A stretch of 53,271 nucleotides of DNA from Eubacteriales bacterium. GTDB taxonomy: Bacteria; Bacillota; Clostridia; Oscillospirales; CAG-272. A program made the position numbers and the translations under genes. Under the pieces are notes generated by a model. It ran no database searches and had not been told where the DNA came from. It saw only the letters and a list, made by a program, of their open reading frames with translations. The number at the start of each line of letters is the position of its first letter. Positions within the stretch are counted from its first letter, which is position 1. Positions 28,009 through 38,278 of this stretch are shown piece by piece. The stretch covers positions 1 through 53,271 of the forward strand of contig JAZNAM010000025.1 of assembly GCA_045586515.1 (NCBI GenBank). Direction: 5' to 3'.

Positions 28009-28329
28009 ATGCGCCTTTTGGGCCTTGCCGCAAGAGCGGGTCGTACGGTGATCGGCGTACCGCTGATCTGCACGGCGCTTCAGCGCGGCGCAAAGGATAA
28101 AACACCCCTTTTGGTGGTGGAAGCGGCGGATAGCTCCGCCAACACGCACAAGCGTATTACCGATCGCACTGCGTTTTACGGTGTGCGCACGGTGAGAGCC
28201 GACGTGGACTGCGCAGCACTTGCGCTGGCAGTCGGCAAGCGCGACGCACTTGTCGCGGCGGTCGGCATTACCGAACCGCATCTGGCAAGAGAGATCGGCG
28301 AAGCGCTTGGCGCTATCGACAAAGCATAA
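28009..28329 (+). CDS. L7Ae/YlxQ-family ribosomal-protein-like RNA-binding protein
   Basis: [14 protein letters not shown].., positioned between ylxR and infB. The start is uncertain; the TTG at 27976 is an alternative. Confidence 0.75.
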   Translation: MRLLGLAARAGRTVIGVPLICTALQRGAKDKTPLLVVEAADSSANTHKRITDRTAFYGVRTVRADVDCAALALAVGKRDALVAAVGITEPHLAREIGEALGAIDKA

Positions 28330-28388
28330 CAATACCCACACTTTGGACGGCATACTGCACGGACTGCGGTATGCAAGGAGGAGGAAAT

Positions 28389-31232
28389 ATGGCGTTTAAG
28401 ATCAATCAACTGGCAAAGGATTTAGGCCTGAAGAGCAAGGATATTACCGAGCTGTTGGCCGCACGTGGCGTGGAGTGTAAGACCACGCAAAAGGCGCTGG
28501 AGCCCAAGGAGTTCGATATGGTATTCGAAACTCTTACTCGCGCGGCGCAGATCTCTAATATTGACGACTATCTGTTTGGCGATACCTATATCCCCACGGA
28601 GAAAAAGGTTGCAAAGAAGTCGCCTGCCAAGAAGGAAGAGACTGTGGCGGTGATATCCGACACGAAGGCAGAAAAGCCCGTTAAGGAGGAGAAGACTGCC
28701 CCTGAGAAGGCGACGCCCGCTCCCCAGAAGGAAACGCCTGCCGCAAAGCCTGTGGCACAGAAGAAAGAGGAGAAGGCGGAAAAGACCGATGCCGCTCCCG
28801 CAACCAAGAAGGCAGCCCCCGAGGTGAAGTCCGCACCGAAGACGGAAGCAGCCCCCGCCCCCGCTCCCTCCAAAGTGGAAAAGCCCGCTGCTCCTCAGCA
28901 GGGCCCCCGTACCTATAACATTCCCCAGAATCTGCGTGCTACCATGCAGCGCCCCGCCGCACCCGCGGCGAGACCGCAGCAAGGCAATCGTCCTCAGGGA
29001 GGCGCACCGCAGGGTGAGCGTCGTGCACCCGCACAAGGTGCGACACCTGCATACGGCGCGAGACCCCAAATGGATCGTTTTTCGACACCTTCGTTTGGCG
29101 GAGGAAACCGTCCCGCGCAGGGTGGCTTCAACAAGCCCCAGCAGCAAAGACCCAATCAAAATCGTTCCAACAACGCGGGATTCCGCGATAAGGACGAGGG
29201 AGGAAGGGCGCCTCGCGAGCATTTCCAGGCACAGGCAATCGTACGTGGTCAGACGCCCAAGGGCGGCGACAACGGCGCCAAGACGCGTGGTCAGACCCGC
29301 GTGGTCGACATGCGCGGCACGTCTGTGGATCTTTCCAAGTACGACGAGCGTCTTGACAACTTCGTGCCTGACGCTGTACGCGATGTGCGCGGCGGCAACC
29401 AGCGTTTCAAGAAGCAGCAGGTTGGTACGCATGCAATGACTGCCGGCAAGAAGGGGAAGAAGGCGGCGGCACCTGCAACCAAGCAGGCACTGCATGTTAC
29501 GATCCCCGACGAAATCACGGTGAGCGAATTTGCTTCCCGTATGAAAATTGCCCCTGCCGAGGTCGTAAAGAAACTGATGATGATGGGTATGATGGTCACC
29601 TTGAACCAGACCATTGACTTTGATACAGCGTTTCTCATTGCCTCTGAGCTTGGCGTAGAGGCCACCAAGGAGGTCGTGGTGAGCATTGAGGAGAAACTCT
29701 TTGACGATACCACCGATGCCGAGGAAGATCTGGTCGAGCGCGCACCCGTTATCTGCGTAATGGGCCACGTTGACCACGGTAAGACCTCTCTGCTTGACGC
29801 CATCCGCCACACGCGTGTAACCGCAGGCGAAGCAGGCGGTATTACGCAGCATATCGGCGCTTACCGCGTGAAGGCGGCAGGCCACGATCTGACCTTCCTG
29901 GATACCCCCGGTCACGAGGCGTTCACCGCTATGCGTGCCCGCGGTGCGAAGTCCACGGATATTGCGATTCTCGTTGTTGCCGCAGATGACGGCATCATGC
30001 CCCAGACCGTTGAGGCGATCAATCACGCCAAGGCGGCAGGTATTGACATCATCGTGGCAATCAATAAGATGGATAAGCCCACGGCAAATCCCGACAACGT
30101 AAAGCAAGCACTGACCAACTATAACCTGGTGCCCGAGGAGTGGGGCGGTGACGTCATTTGCGTACCCGTATCTGCACTAACCGGCATGGGTATTGACGAA
30201 CTGCTTGAAAACGTGGTGCTCGTTGCCGAGATGAAGGAGTTGCGCGCTAACCCCAACCGCCGCGCGAAGGGTCTGATCATCGAGTCTAAACTTGACAAGG
30301 GCGCAGGTCCTCTTGCTACCGTGCTGGTGCAGAACGGTACACTCCGTACGGGCGATATTGTGATCGCAGGCACCACGGTTGGTCGCGTGCGTACGATGCG
30401 CGACCATATGGGCAGAACCGTAAAGGAGGCAGGCCCCTCCGTTCCTGTTGAGATTATGGGCCTTGCAGACGTGCCGGATGCGGGTGACGAATTCGCCGCT
30501 GTTGAGGATGAACGCATGGCAAGAATTTTTGCCGATCAGCGTCGTGCCGCCGCCAAGGAAGCAGGCTTCCAGGCAAATGCACGCGCCAATCTCAACGATC
30601 TGTTTGCACAGATCTCCGAGGGGGTCAAAGAGCTCAACGTTATCGTCAAGGCCGACGTGGCAGGTTCTGCCGAGGCTGTTAAGCAGTCGCTTGAAAAGCT
30701 TTCCAATGAGGAAGTTAAGGTGCGCGTAATCCATACCGCTGTCGGTGGTATCATCGAGGGTGACGTTATGCTCGCCGCTGCTTCGAATGCCATTATCGTG
30801 GGCTTTAACGTGCGTCCCGATAAGATGGCGCTGGATAGCGCCGAGCGCCAGAAGGTTGATATCCGTACCTACCGCATCATCTACGAATGCATCGAGGAGA
30901 TCGAGGCGGCTATGAAGGGTATGCTCGCACCCAAGTTCCGTGAAGCACTGCTCGGCCACGCCGAGGTGCGTCAGACCATTCGCGTACCCAATGTGGGTAC
31001 GATCGCAGGTTCCTACGTACAGGACGGTAAAATTACCCGTGCCGCACAGATTCGCGTCGTGCGTGACGGCGTGGTGATCTTCGAGGATAAGATCTCGTCG
31101 CTTCGTCGCTTCAAAGACGACGTGAAGGAGGTTGCGGAGAGCTACGAGTGCGGCATCGGTCTTGATAAGTTCAACGATATCAAGATTGGCGATATTTTGG
31201 AAGCGTTCATCATGGAGGAGATCCCGCAGTAA
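28389..31232 (+). CDS. infB: translation initiation factor IF-2
   Basis: [13 protein letters not shown].., a low-complexity Pro/Ala/Lys/Gln linker, and [36 protein letters not shown] before the ATG at 28389. Confidence 0.96.
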   Translation: MAFKINQLAKDLGLKSKDITELLAARGVECKTTQKALEPKEFDMVFETLTRAAQISNIDDYLFGDTYIPTEKKVAKKSPAKKEETVAVISDTKAEKPVKEEKTAPEKATPAPQKETPAAKPVAQKKEEKAEKTDAAPATKKAAPEVKSAPKTEAAPAPAPSKVEKPAAPQQGPRTYNIPQNLRATMQRPAAPAARPQQGNRPQGGAPQGERRAPAQGATPAYGARPQMDRFSTPSFGGGNRPAQGGFNKPQQQRPNQNRSNNAGFRDKDEGGRAPREHFQAQAIVRGQTPKGGDNGAKTRGQTRVVDMRGTSVDLSKYDERLDNFVPDAVRDVRGGNQRFKKQQVGTHAMTAGKKGKKAAAPATKQALHVTIPDEITVSEFASRMKIAPAEVVKKLMMMGMMVTLNQTIDFDTAFLIASELGVEATKEVVVSIEEKLFDDTTDAEEDLVERAPVICVMGHVDHGKTSLLDAIRHTRVTAGEAGGITQHIGAYRVKAAGHDLTFLDTPGHEAFTAMRARGAKSTDIAILVVAADDGIMPQTVEAINHAKAAGIDIIVAINKMDKPTANPDNVKQALTNYNLVPEEWGGDVICVPVSALTGMGIDELLENVVLVAEMKELRANPNRRAKGLIIESKLDKGAGPLATVLVQNGTLRTGDIVIAGTTVGRVRTMRDHMGRTVKEAGPSVPVEIMGLADVPDAGDEFAAVEDERMARIFADQRRAAAKEAGFQANARANLNDLFAQISEGVKELNVIVKADVAGSAEAVKQSLEKLSNEEVKVRVIHTAVGGIIEGDVMLAAASNAIIVGFNVRPDKMALDSAERQKVDIRTYRIIYECIEEIEAAMKGMLAPKFREALLGHAEVRQTIRVPNVGTIAGSYVQDGKITRAAQIRVVRDGVVIFEDKISSLRRFKDDVKEVAESYECGIGLDKFNDIKIGDILEAFIMEEIPQ

Positions 31233-31264
31233 GCTGTGCGGAGATCTGAAAGGAGAGCGTTTCA

Positions 31265-31690
31265 ATGGTTTGGGAAAAATCCTGTGGCGCACTTGTTGTG
31301 CGACGCGAAGGGGATCACTATTATGTTTTGATGATACGCCACAAGGCAGGCGGCAATCGCTCTTTCCCCAAGGGTCACATGGAAGCAGGGGAAAGTGAGT
31401 ATGCAACGGCACTGCGCGAGGTGATGGAAGAAACCTCTTCCCGCATCGCGATCGTGTCGGATTTCCGCTCTACCGTGACGTATCGCCCCTCTCCCGGTGT
31501 GATGAAGGAGGTCGTGTACTTCCTTGCTTTCACCACCAGTGCGGACATCAAGCCCCGCGAGGGCGAGATTGCCGAGGTGGAGTGGGTGCCACTCGAGGAG
31601 GCGGAGGATGCGCTGACGTACGAGAACGACAAGACTGTGTTCCGTGCGGCAATGGAGCGCATGAAAAAAATGACGGTTGAGATCAAGTAA
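31265..31690 (+). CDS. NUDIX hydrolase
   Basis: Nudix box GHMEAGESEYATALREVMEETS. Confidence 0.85.
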   Translation: MVWEKSCGALVVRREGDHYYVLMIRHKAGGNRSFPKGHMEAGESEYATALREVMEETSSRIAIVSDFRSTVTYRPSPGVMKEVVYFLAFTTSADIKPREGEIAEVEWVPLEEAEDALTYENDKTVFRAAMERMKKMTVEIK

Positions 31691-31707
31691 TACTGCACCT
31701 CAAAGCG

Positions 31708-31748
31708 AAAGGGAGCGAGCGCCAAACAGCGCTCCCTCCCTTTTATTT
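31708..31748 (+). terminator. intrinsic terminator after the NUDIX gene
   Basis: GGGAGCG..CGCTCCC followed by TCCCTTTTATTT. Confidence 0.7.
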
Positions 31749-31771
31749 CTCGCCCCGTTTGTGGGCTTTCC

Positions 31772-31812
31772 CAAAAAAGAAGCCGTTGGCATTGCCAACG
31801 GCTTCGCTTTTT
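31772..31812 (-). terminator. intrinsic terminator after asd
   Basis: GAAGCCGTTGGC-ATT-GCCAACGGCTTC with an A6 run on the plus strand, which is a T-run for the minus strand. Confidence 0.8.
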
Positions 31813-31813
31813 A

Positions 31814-32889
31814 TCAGTTGAAGTAGCCCTCGCGGTAGAGCAGCTCTGCAATCAGCACAGCACCGCCTGCCGCGCCACGCAGGGTGTTGTGGGAAAGGCC
31901 CACAAACTTCCAATCGTAAACGCTGTCTTCGCGCAGTCTGCCTACGGTTACACCCATACCGCCGTAAATGTCGCGGTCAAGGTTAACCTGGGGACGGTTG
32001 TCCTCCTCCATGTAGGTGATGAACTGCTCGGGCGCGTGGGGGAGTTTGAGCGCCTGAGGCTTGCCGGCGAAGTTCTTCCATGCGTCAAGGATCTGCTCCT
32101 TGGTGGGGTTCTTGCGGAACTTCACAAACACAGCTGTGTGTGACCGTCGGTAACGGGCACGCGGATGCACTGCGTGGTGATAGTAATACCCTCGGCCTTG
32201 ACGATCTCGCCGTTTTCGACCTTACCCCAGATGCGAAGGGGCTCCTGCTCGCTCTTTTCTTCCTCGCCACCGATGAAGGGGATGACGTTGTCGATCATCT
32301 CGGGCCACTCGTTAAAGGTTTTGCCTGCACCGGAAATTGCCTGATAGGTAGTAGCCACGACTTCGTAGGGCTCGAACTGCATCAGTGCATTGAGCATGGG
32401 CACGTAGGACTGAATAGAGCAGTTGGGCTTCACGGCGATGAAGCCGCGCTTGGTGCCGAGACGGCGGCGCTGTGCCTCGATCACCTCAAGGTGAGCGTCA
32501 TTGATCTCCGGGATTACCATGGGAACGTCGGGCGTCCAGCGGTGTGCGGAGTTGTTGGATACCACAGGGATCTCTGCCTTGGCGTATGCCTCCTCAAGAG
32601 CGCGGATATCTTCCTTTTTCATATCGACGGCACAGAATACCATCGAGCAAAGTGCCTTCATTGCGGCGATGTCGGCGGCGTCAATCACGACCATGTTTGC
32701 AAACTTCTCAGGCATGGGAGTTTTGAGTTTCCAACGGGAACCAACTGCCTCACGGTAGGTTTTGCCCGCAGAGCGAGCGGAAGCGGCGAGCGCCACAACT
32801 TCAAAATAGGGGTGTTCAGCAAGGAGCGTGAGGAAACGCTGACCGACCATGCCGGTTGCGCCAATTACGCCAACTTTGCACTTTTCCAT
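31814..32889 (-). pseudogene. asd: aspartate-semialdehyde dehydrogenase (archaeal-type), reading frame broken in a (TG)4 run at 32135-32142 (true pseudogene or assembly indel)
   Basis: MEKCKVGVIGATGMVGQRF..KPNCSIQ..CIRVPVTDGHT in one frame, then AVFVKFRKNPTKEQI..GLSHNTLRGAAGGAV in another. 1076 nt total; 1074 or 1077 nt would restore a single ORF. Confidence 0.9.
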
Positions 32890-32934
32890 GTTAAAATCCT
32901 CCAGATTCAAAGAAATATGTTCTATTGATAATGC

Positions 32935-32963
32935 ATTATAGCATATCGCACAGAAAAAATCAA
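32935..32963 (-). promoter_or_regulatory. candidate asd promoter
   Basis: Minus strand reads TTGATT, a 17-nt spacer, then TATAAT. The leader is about 45 nt with no riboswitch-sized element. Confidence 0.5.
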
Positions 32964-32998
32964 GAGCTTCTGTGCAAAATGCAATCATTTCCGTAAAT

Positions 32999-33877
32999 TT
33001 AACCGTTGTCGCAGAGAATGCGATAGAGCTCGTTTTTTTGCATGCCGCGATCCTTTGCCGCTGACTTGATGGCGTCCATTCGGCGCAAGCCCTGCTTTTC
33101 ATAATATGCTACGTGTTCGGCAGGAGCGAGCGCCGAAAGCGCGTCGTTTTTGGCGTCGGTTACGCTATCCTCGCCGCCCTCAATAATTAGCACGTATTCG
33201 CCGCGCGGTTCGTTTTCTGCATAGTAGGCAATTGCCCCTGCAAGTGTGGTGCGTTGGATTTCTTCGTTGCGCTTGGTGAGTTCGCGGCAAAGCGAGATGC
33301 GGCGTGTGTCGCCAAAAGCGGTCGCAAGATCGGTGAGCGTGTTGCGTAGCTTGTGAGGCGCTTCGTGCAGCATCATGGTGCGTGTTTCATTTGCCAGTAC
33401 GGCAAGGCGTGCACGGCGTTCTTTTTTGTCCATCGGCAAAAAGCCCTCGAAGCAAAAGCGTCCCGTTGGGAGCGCGGAGAGTGTCAGCGCGGTGATGGAA
33501 GCACAGCAACCGGGGATGGCGCTCACGGGTATGCCGCGTTCGGCGCAGAGCACCACGAGATCCTCGCCGGGATCGCTGATGGCGGGCGTGCCCGCGTCGC
33601 TGATGAGTGCACAGCTCTCGCCTGCAAGCAGGCGGGAAACAAGCACCTCGCCACGTTCGCGTTTGTTGTGCTCGTGATAGGAAACGAGGGGGCGCGAGAT
33701 GCCGAAGTGTGTGAGCAGGCGCAAGGAATTGCGCGTATCCTCTGCGGCGATAAAATCAACCTCGGTCAGCACCTTGATGGCGCGCGGAGAGAGGTCGGCG
33801 AGATTGCCTATGGGGGTGGCGACAAGATACAGGGTGCCGCCCTGTACTTTGTTTTTTTCGTCTGCACCGGGTTTCAT
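32999..33877 (-). CDS. rsmI: 16S rRNA (cytidine1402-2'-O)-methyltransferase
   Basis: GTLYLVATPIGNLADLSPRA..IAAEDTR..ISDAGTPAISDPG. AAAGGAG before the ATG at 33877. Confidence 0.93.
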   Translation of the reverse strand: MKPGADEKNKVQGGTLYLVATPIGNLADLSPRAIKVLTEVDFIAAEDTRNSLRLLTHFGISRPLVSYHEHNKRERGEVLVSRLLAGESCALISDAGTPAISDPGEDLVVLCAERGIPVSAIPGCCASITALTLSALPTGRFCFEGFLPMDKKERRARLAVLANETRTMMLHEAPHKLRNTLTDLATAFGDTRRISLCRELTKRNEEIQRTTLAGAIAYYAENEPRGEYVLIIEGGEDSVTDAKNDALSALAPAEHVAYYEKQGLRRMDAIKSAAKDRGMQKNELYRILCDNG

Positions 33878-33934
33878 TTGAACTCCTTTCTGCCGCTTTA
33901 CATAGAATGAATATGAAGAAAGGGCAGGTGTTTT

Positions 33935-34498
33935 ATGGCGATTAAGATCTACATTGATCAGGGACATAACCCCGTCAACCCCAATGCAGGGGCAGAGGGA
34001 AACGGACTGCGCGAGCAGAATATCGTGTACCGCATCGGTATCGAGCTTGCCGAGCTGTTGCGTGCTAACGGTAATTTTGAAGTGCGTTTATCTCGCCCCA
34101 CGGCCAGCACACAGCTTGGTACATCCAATGCGTCAAGTCTAGCGGCGCGCGTGAACGACGCCAACGCGTGGGGGGCGGATTATTTTATCAGTTTGCATAC
34201 CAATGCGTCGGATCTGAAGTCCGCAACCGGAAGCGAGGCATTTGCCTTTTCCAGAGGATCAAGGGCATTTGCGCTGGGAGAAGACATTCTCGCAGGGCTT
34301 GCGGCAGAAACGGGACTACAAAACAGAGGAATGTTCACCCGTCCCTCGCTTTATGTGTTAAAGCGCACGCAGATGCCTGCGGTGCTTGTGGAGCTCGGGT
34401 TTATCACAAACGCGCGTGACGCGCGGCTGATGAACGAGGAGCCGCAGCTGTTTGCACGCGGTGTGTATGACGGTATTCTCGCTTTTACGGGTGTTTGA
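33935..34498 (+). CDS. N-acetylmuramoyl-L-alanine amidase (Amidase_3 domain only)
   Basis: IYIDQGHNP..ISLHTNA..VLVELGFITN. No signal peptide is visible. Confidence 0.85.
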   Translation: MAIKIYIDQGHNPVNPNAGAEGNGLREQNIVYRIGIELAELLRANGNFEVRLSRPTASTQLGTSNASSLAARVNDANAWGADYFISLHTNASDLKSATGSEAFAFSRGSRAFALGEDILAGLAAETGLQNRGMFTRPSLYVLKRTQMPAVLVELGFITNARDARLMNEEPQLFARGVYDGILAFTGV

Positions 34499-35254
34499 TT
34501 ACTCAATATAACCCGTTTCGTAGATGCGCGCGGCACGTGGCGTCAGCGCCGCGCCGTTTTCCGCGGATTCGCGCAGGATGAGCGTGGGCAGAAGGGTGAG
34601 CCCTTCTGCGCCGCCAAGTCGTGCTTCTGTAAGCACCATGCTGGGGGCTTTGCCCTGTGCATCCTGTACGAAAAGCATGCGCTTGGGGGCGAATTTCGCA
34701 TCCCGTAAGGCGGCAAACAGCGTTTCCAAACGGTCGGGACGCCATACGAGATAGAGCGTGCCGCCGTAGCGAAGCACGCGAGAAGCGGCACGTGTGAAAT
34801 CAAATAAATCTCCGAGCACCTCGTGTCGGGCAATCTGTTTTTCCTCGTGCGCGGCGGCATATCCTGTGTCCGCGCGCATATAGGGCGGATTGGAAAATAC
34901 GACGTCTAGCTCCCCCGAAACGTCACCCGGGGAAAGGCCGCGCACATCGCGACAAAGCACCGAAACGGTATTAGAAAAGCCGTTGAGTTCAGCGTTTCTT
35001 TGTGCGAGATTTGCAAATTGCGGTTGTGCCTCGATGGCGTAAATATGAGAAAAGCGCTCGCGCGCTGCAAGCAGCAAAGAGATCACACCCGTACCACAGC
35101 CAAGATCGGCGGCGCGCGCGTCGCGCGCGGGACGGCAGAAGGCAGACAAGAGATAAGCGTCGGTGCCGAAGGTAAGACCGTTTTTGCGCGTGATCAGGCG
35201 AACGCGGTCGTTGATCTCACAAAAACGCTCGCCTTCTTGCAAAATAGGGTTCAT
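34499..35254 (-). CDS. SAM-dependent methyltransferase, YabB/TrmN6-like (tRNA m6A37 family)
   Basis: DLGCGTGVISLLLA..SNPPYM (NPPY motif). GGAAAGGAG RBS. Confidence 0.8.
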   Translation of the reverse strand: MNPILQEGERFCEINDRVRLITRKNGLTFGTDAYLLSAFCRPARDARAADLGCGTGVISLLLAARERFSHIYAIEAQPQFANLAQRNAELNGFSNTVSVLCRDVRGLSPGDVSGELDVVFSNPPYMRADTGYAAAHEEKQIARHEVLGDLFDFTRAASRVLRYGGTLYLVWRPDRLETLFAALRDAKFAPKRMLFVQDAQGKAPSMVLTEARLGGAEGLTLLPTLILRESAENGAALTPRAARIYETGYIE

Positions 35255-35326
35255 GGCGCACTCCTTTCCAAACGAAAAAGCGGCACGATTTCCGTGCCGC
35301 TTTTGTGATGTATTCACCCGCGCGGA

Positions 35327-35497
35327 TCAAGCCTGCTGGGGAGCGCCAACGGGGCAAACACCGGCACAAGCGCCGCACTCGATGCAAGCATCGGCGTCGA
35401 TTACGAACTTGCCGTCACCCTCAGAGATAGCCTCAACGGGGCACTCTGCAGCGCACGCGCCGCAAGCGATGCAATCATCAGAAATCTTGTAAGCCAT
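35327..35497 (-). CDS. 2x[4Fe-4S] ferredoxin
   Basis: 56 aa with CIACGACAAECP and CIECGACAGVCP. GGAGGT RBS. Confidence 0.9.
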   Translation of the reverse strand: MAYKISDDCIACGACAAECPVEAISEGDGKFVIDADACIECGACAGVCPVGAPQQA

Positions 35498-35595
35498 GAT
35501 ACATACCTCCATATAAGTTTTACAAGCATATTGTAGCACATCTTTTCGAAAAATGGAATACCTTTTCGAAAAAATCTTTTTGGAAATTAGAAACG

Positions 35596-37068
35596 TCAAC
35601 CGTTCTTCGTGGTGTCTTTGTCGAGTGCGTTTTCGGGAGCGCGCTTTTGTGCTTTGCCGAGAACTGTCAGCGTGTCGCGATGGTAAGTTTTGGGTGCTTC
35701 TTCGGGAGTGGCGTCCAAACGCACACGAACGGTACCGGCAAGGGGAGAACTGTCTACCACCACGCCTTCACCGTCGGGGGTGATAACGGCGGTATCTTTC
35801 TTGGGCGTGAGCTTTGTTTCCGCCACGTAGGTTTCGTGCTCGTAGCGCAGGCAGCACATCAGTCTGCCGCAACAACCCGAAATTTTAGAGGCGTTAATGG
35901 AGAGTCCTTGCTCCTTCGCCATTTTGACGGAAACTTGACCGAAATCGGACAGATACGTGGAGCAACAGAAGGGTCTGCCGCACATGCCCAAACCACCGAT
36001 AAGACGCGCTTCGTCGCGAATGCCGATCTGGCGAAGCTCGATACGGGTATGGAAATGACCGGCAAGATCATGGACGAGCTCGCGGAAATCTACGCGGCCT
36101 TCCGAGGTGAAATAAAAGAGCAGTTTGGAGTTATCGAAGGTATACTGTGCGTCCACCAGATTCATATCAAGCTTGTGGATGCCGATCTTGCGTTCGCAGA
36201 CTTTGAGGGCTTCTATTTCCTTTGCGTGATTTTCCATGTCGTGTGCAATGTCCTCGGGGGTAGCGGTGCGCAATACCGCGCGCAAGGGTTGCACGACATC
36301 TTTTTCTGCGATCTTGCGGTTGAGCATCACCACACCGCCGATCTCGGGACCCCTTGCAGTATCCACGATTACGCGGTCGCCGATGGAGAACTTGAAGTTG
36401 CCGGGCGCGAAGAAATATACGCGGCCTGCCTCACGGAAGCGTACGCCGATTACTTCGACCGCCTTGCCGTCGGGGATTGGGAAGCCACAGGGCACATCGT
36501 TGATGAGATAGGAGGCGGTGGCAATGTCCACTGCGAATTCCTCGCTATCCAGAACGCTTTCCTCCGCTTCGCGTTTTTGCTGTGCGGAAAAGGCAGACGT
36601 GCCCGAGAGCATAGGGGTGCTGAATTCCTCATCCGGCGTGCGATGCAGTTGGTGTTGCAATACTTCCTCGCGGGGCTGCTGTTGCGAAGCGCCCTTGTTA
36701 TGGCCGCCGCGGCGACCTCTGCGGTTATGGGAATTTTTGCGGTTTTCTGCGTTGCCGCCATGACCGTTTTGCGCTACCTCTGCGTGTGCGGTGGAGGTTG
36801 GCTTTACGGCAGGGCGTGTTTCCTGTGCGGCACGATTCTGCGTTGCGGGGCGGTCTTCGCGCGGGCGGTGATCCTTGCCGCCGCGGCGACCTCTGCGCCT
36901 GTTTTTGGATTTTCCACCGCCGTTGTTACCGCCTTGGTTGCGGTTTGCGTCGGGAGAGGGGGGGGTATGCTCGGCGGGCGGCGTGAAATTGCCGGCTTTC
37001 ACCGAGATGCGTTGGCCGTTTTCCTCGCGGGGCGGGCGGTTTTGTTGGTTTTTGTTTTTATCTTCCAT
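35596..37068 (-). CDS. ricT: PSP1-domain protein RicT/YaaT with a roughly 200-aa Arg/Gly/Asn/Gln-rich N-terminal extension
   Basis: VIGVRFREAGRVYFF..GMCGRPFCCSTYL..SGCCGRLMCCLRYE is the PSP1 core. The ORF is open from an ATG 19 nt after the holB stop. An internal start near 36618 cannot be excluded. Confidence 0.85.
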   Translation of the reverse strand: MEDKNKNQQNRPPREENGQRISVKAGNFTPPAEHTPPSPDANRNQGGNNGGGKSKNRRRGRRGGKDHRPREDRPATQNRAAQETRPAVKPTSTAHAEVAQNGHGGNAENRKNSHNRRGRRGGHNKGASQQQPREEVLQHQLHRTPDEEFSTPMLSGTSAFSAQQKREAEESVLDSEEFAVDIATASYLINDVPCGFPIPDGKAVEVIGVRFREAGRVYFFAPGNFKFSIGDRVIVDTARGPEIGGVVMLNRKIAEKDVVQPLRAVLRTATPEDIAHDMENHAKEIEALKVCERKIGIHKLDMNLVDAQYTFDNSKLLFYFTSEGRVDFRELVHDLAGHFHTRIELRQIGIRDEARLIGGLGMCGRPFCCSTYLSDFGQVSVKMAKEQGLSINASKISGCCGRLMCCLRYEHETYVAETKLTPKKDTAVITPDGEGVVVDSSPLAGTVRVRLDATPEEAPKTYHRDTLTVLGKAQKRAPENALDKDTTKNG

Positions 37069-37087
37069 GGTAGCTCCAATCTATAAG

Positions 37088-38134
37088 TTACGCGGTTAGG
37101 CGATAGTGGTATTGGGTGAGGGTGAGGCGAACGTTGGCGTTGATAGAGAGTGCGTCCAGCGCCTCGTTTGTTGCCTGGATGCGCGCGAGTATCGCGGAAG
37201 GAGTGAAGCAGGTCGAGAGATCTTCCGCTTTTTCTCGGTTGGTGAAAAAGGCGAGAGGGGCCGTGTCGCTCAGAGAGAGTGCCAACAGATCGCGCAAGGC
37301 GTCTCTGATGCAGGAAAGCCTTGCGGTTGCCTCTTCGCGCGACTTGTCAAACGTATACAGAAGAGAGAGCAGCTCGGTGCCGCCACAGCCACGTGAGAGC
37401 AACTCGCACACGCGTTGCGCGGTGTCGCGTCTTGCCAGGAGCGGTGCGCGTTTTTTTTCTTCAAGTAACGCGAGTGCACGACCGATGCGCCCCTCCGACA
37501 TACGCAGCAGTGCCGCAAAATCATGGGGGGATTGTTCGCGTAACGCTTTTGCCACGCGCGCCACGGCAGGGCGATCGGGGGAGAGGAGATAGCTTGAGAG
37601 TGTTGCATCATCAACGGGTTGCATGCGCAAAACAGGGGCGCGAGAACGAACCGTTTCCAAAAGGACATCGGCGTCGTTTGCCAAAAGCAGAAACAGCACG
37701 AATGCAGGCGGCTCCTCCAGTGTAAGCAGAAAGGCATTTTGCGCCTGTGGCGTCATGAGATGCGCTTCCTCGATGAGATAGACCTTGAAATCCAAGTCGT
37801 TGGGCAAAACGGGTACGTCAGTGCGAAGTTCGCGGATCACATCCACACCCATTGTTGCGCGATCTTTTTCGCGCGTGACGTAGAGAAGGTCAGGGCAGTT
37901 TCCTGCGGCGATCTTGCGACAGGACTTGCAATGGCCACAGGGCAATGGTTCGGCGTCGTTTTGGCGATTTTCGCAGGCGAGTGACATGGCGATCGCACGT
38001 GCGAGAGTGTGTTTGCCACTACCCTCGTCGCCCTCTAAGATATAGGCGTGAGAGAAGGTGCCACTCGCAATATCTTCGCCGATTCGCGCGCGCAATGCTG
38101 CGTTGCCGACCAGCTCGTTCAAATATTGGCGCAC
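37088..38134 (-). CDS. holB: DNA polymerase III delta-prime subunit
   Basis: HAYILEGDEGSGKHTLA..CGHCKSCRK..YLIEEAHLM. Confidence 0.9.
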   Translation of the reverse strand: MRQYLNELVGNAALRARIGEDIASGTFSHAYILEGDEGSGKHTLARAIAMSLACENRQNDAEPLPCGHCKSCRKIAAGNCPDLLYVTREKDRATMGVDVIRELRTDVPVLPNDLDFKVYLIEEAHLMTPQAQNAFLLTLEEPPAFVLFLLLANDADVLLETVRSRAPVLRMQPVDDATLSSYLLSPDRPAVARVAKALREQSPHDFAALLRMSEGRIGRALALLEEKKRAPLLARRDTAQRVCELLSRGCGGTELLSLLYTFDKSREEATARLSCIRDALRDLLALSLSDTAPLAFFTNREKAEDLSTCFTPSAILARIQATNEALDALSINANVRLTLTQYHYRLTA

Positions 38135-38233
38135 ATGCTCACTCCTCTCGTTAGTTTGTATTATCTCAATATAACATTATATCAAAGTTATAGGCAAAAG
38201 TCAAGGAGAACCTTGTGCGTCTGCCACAAACAG

Positions 38234-38274
38234 GAAGCGCGATTTCACCCCGTAATGGGGCGAAATCGCGCTTC
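38234..38274. terminator. long near-perfect hairpin after the gpsA-like gene
   Basis: GAAGCGCGATTTCaCCCC-GTAAT-GGGGcGAAATCGCGCTTC. Confidence 0.6.
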
Positions 38275-38278
38275 TTTC

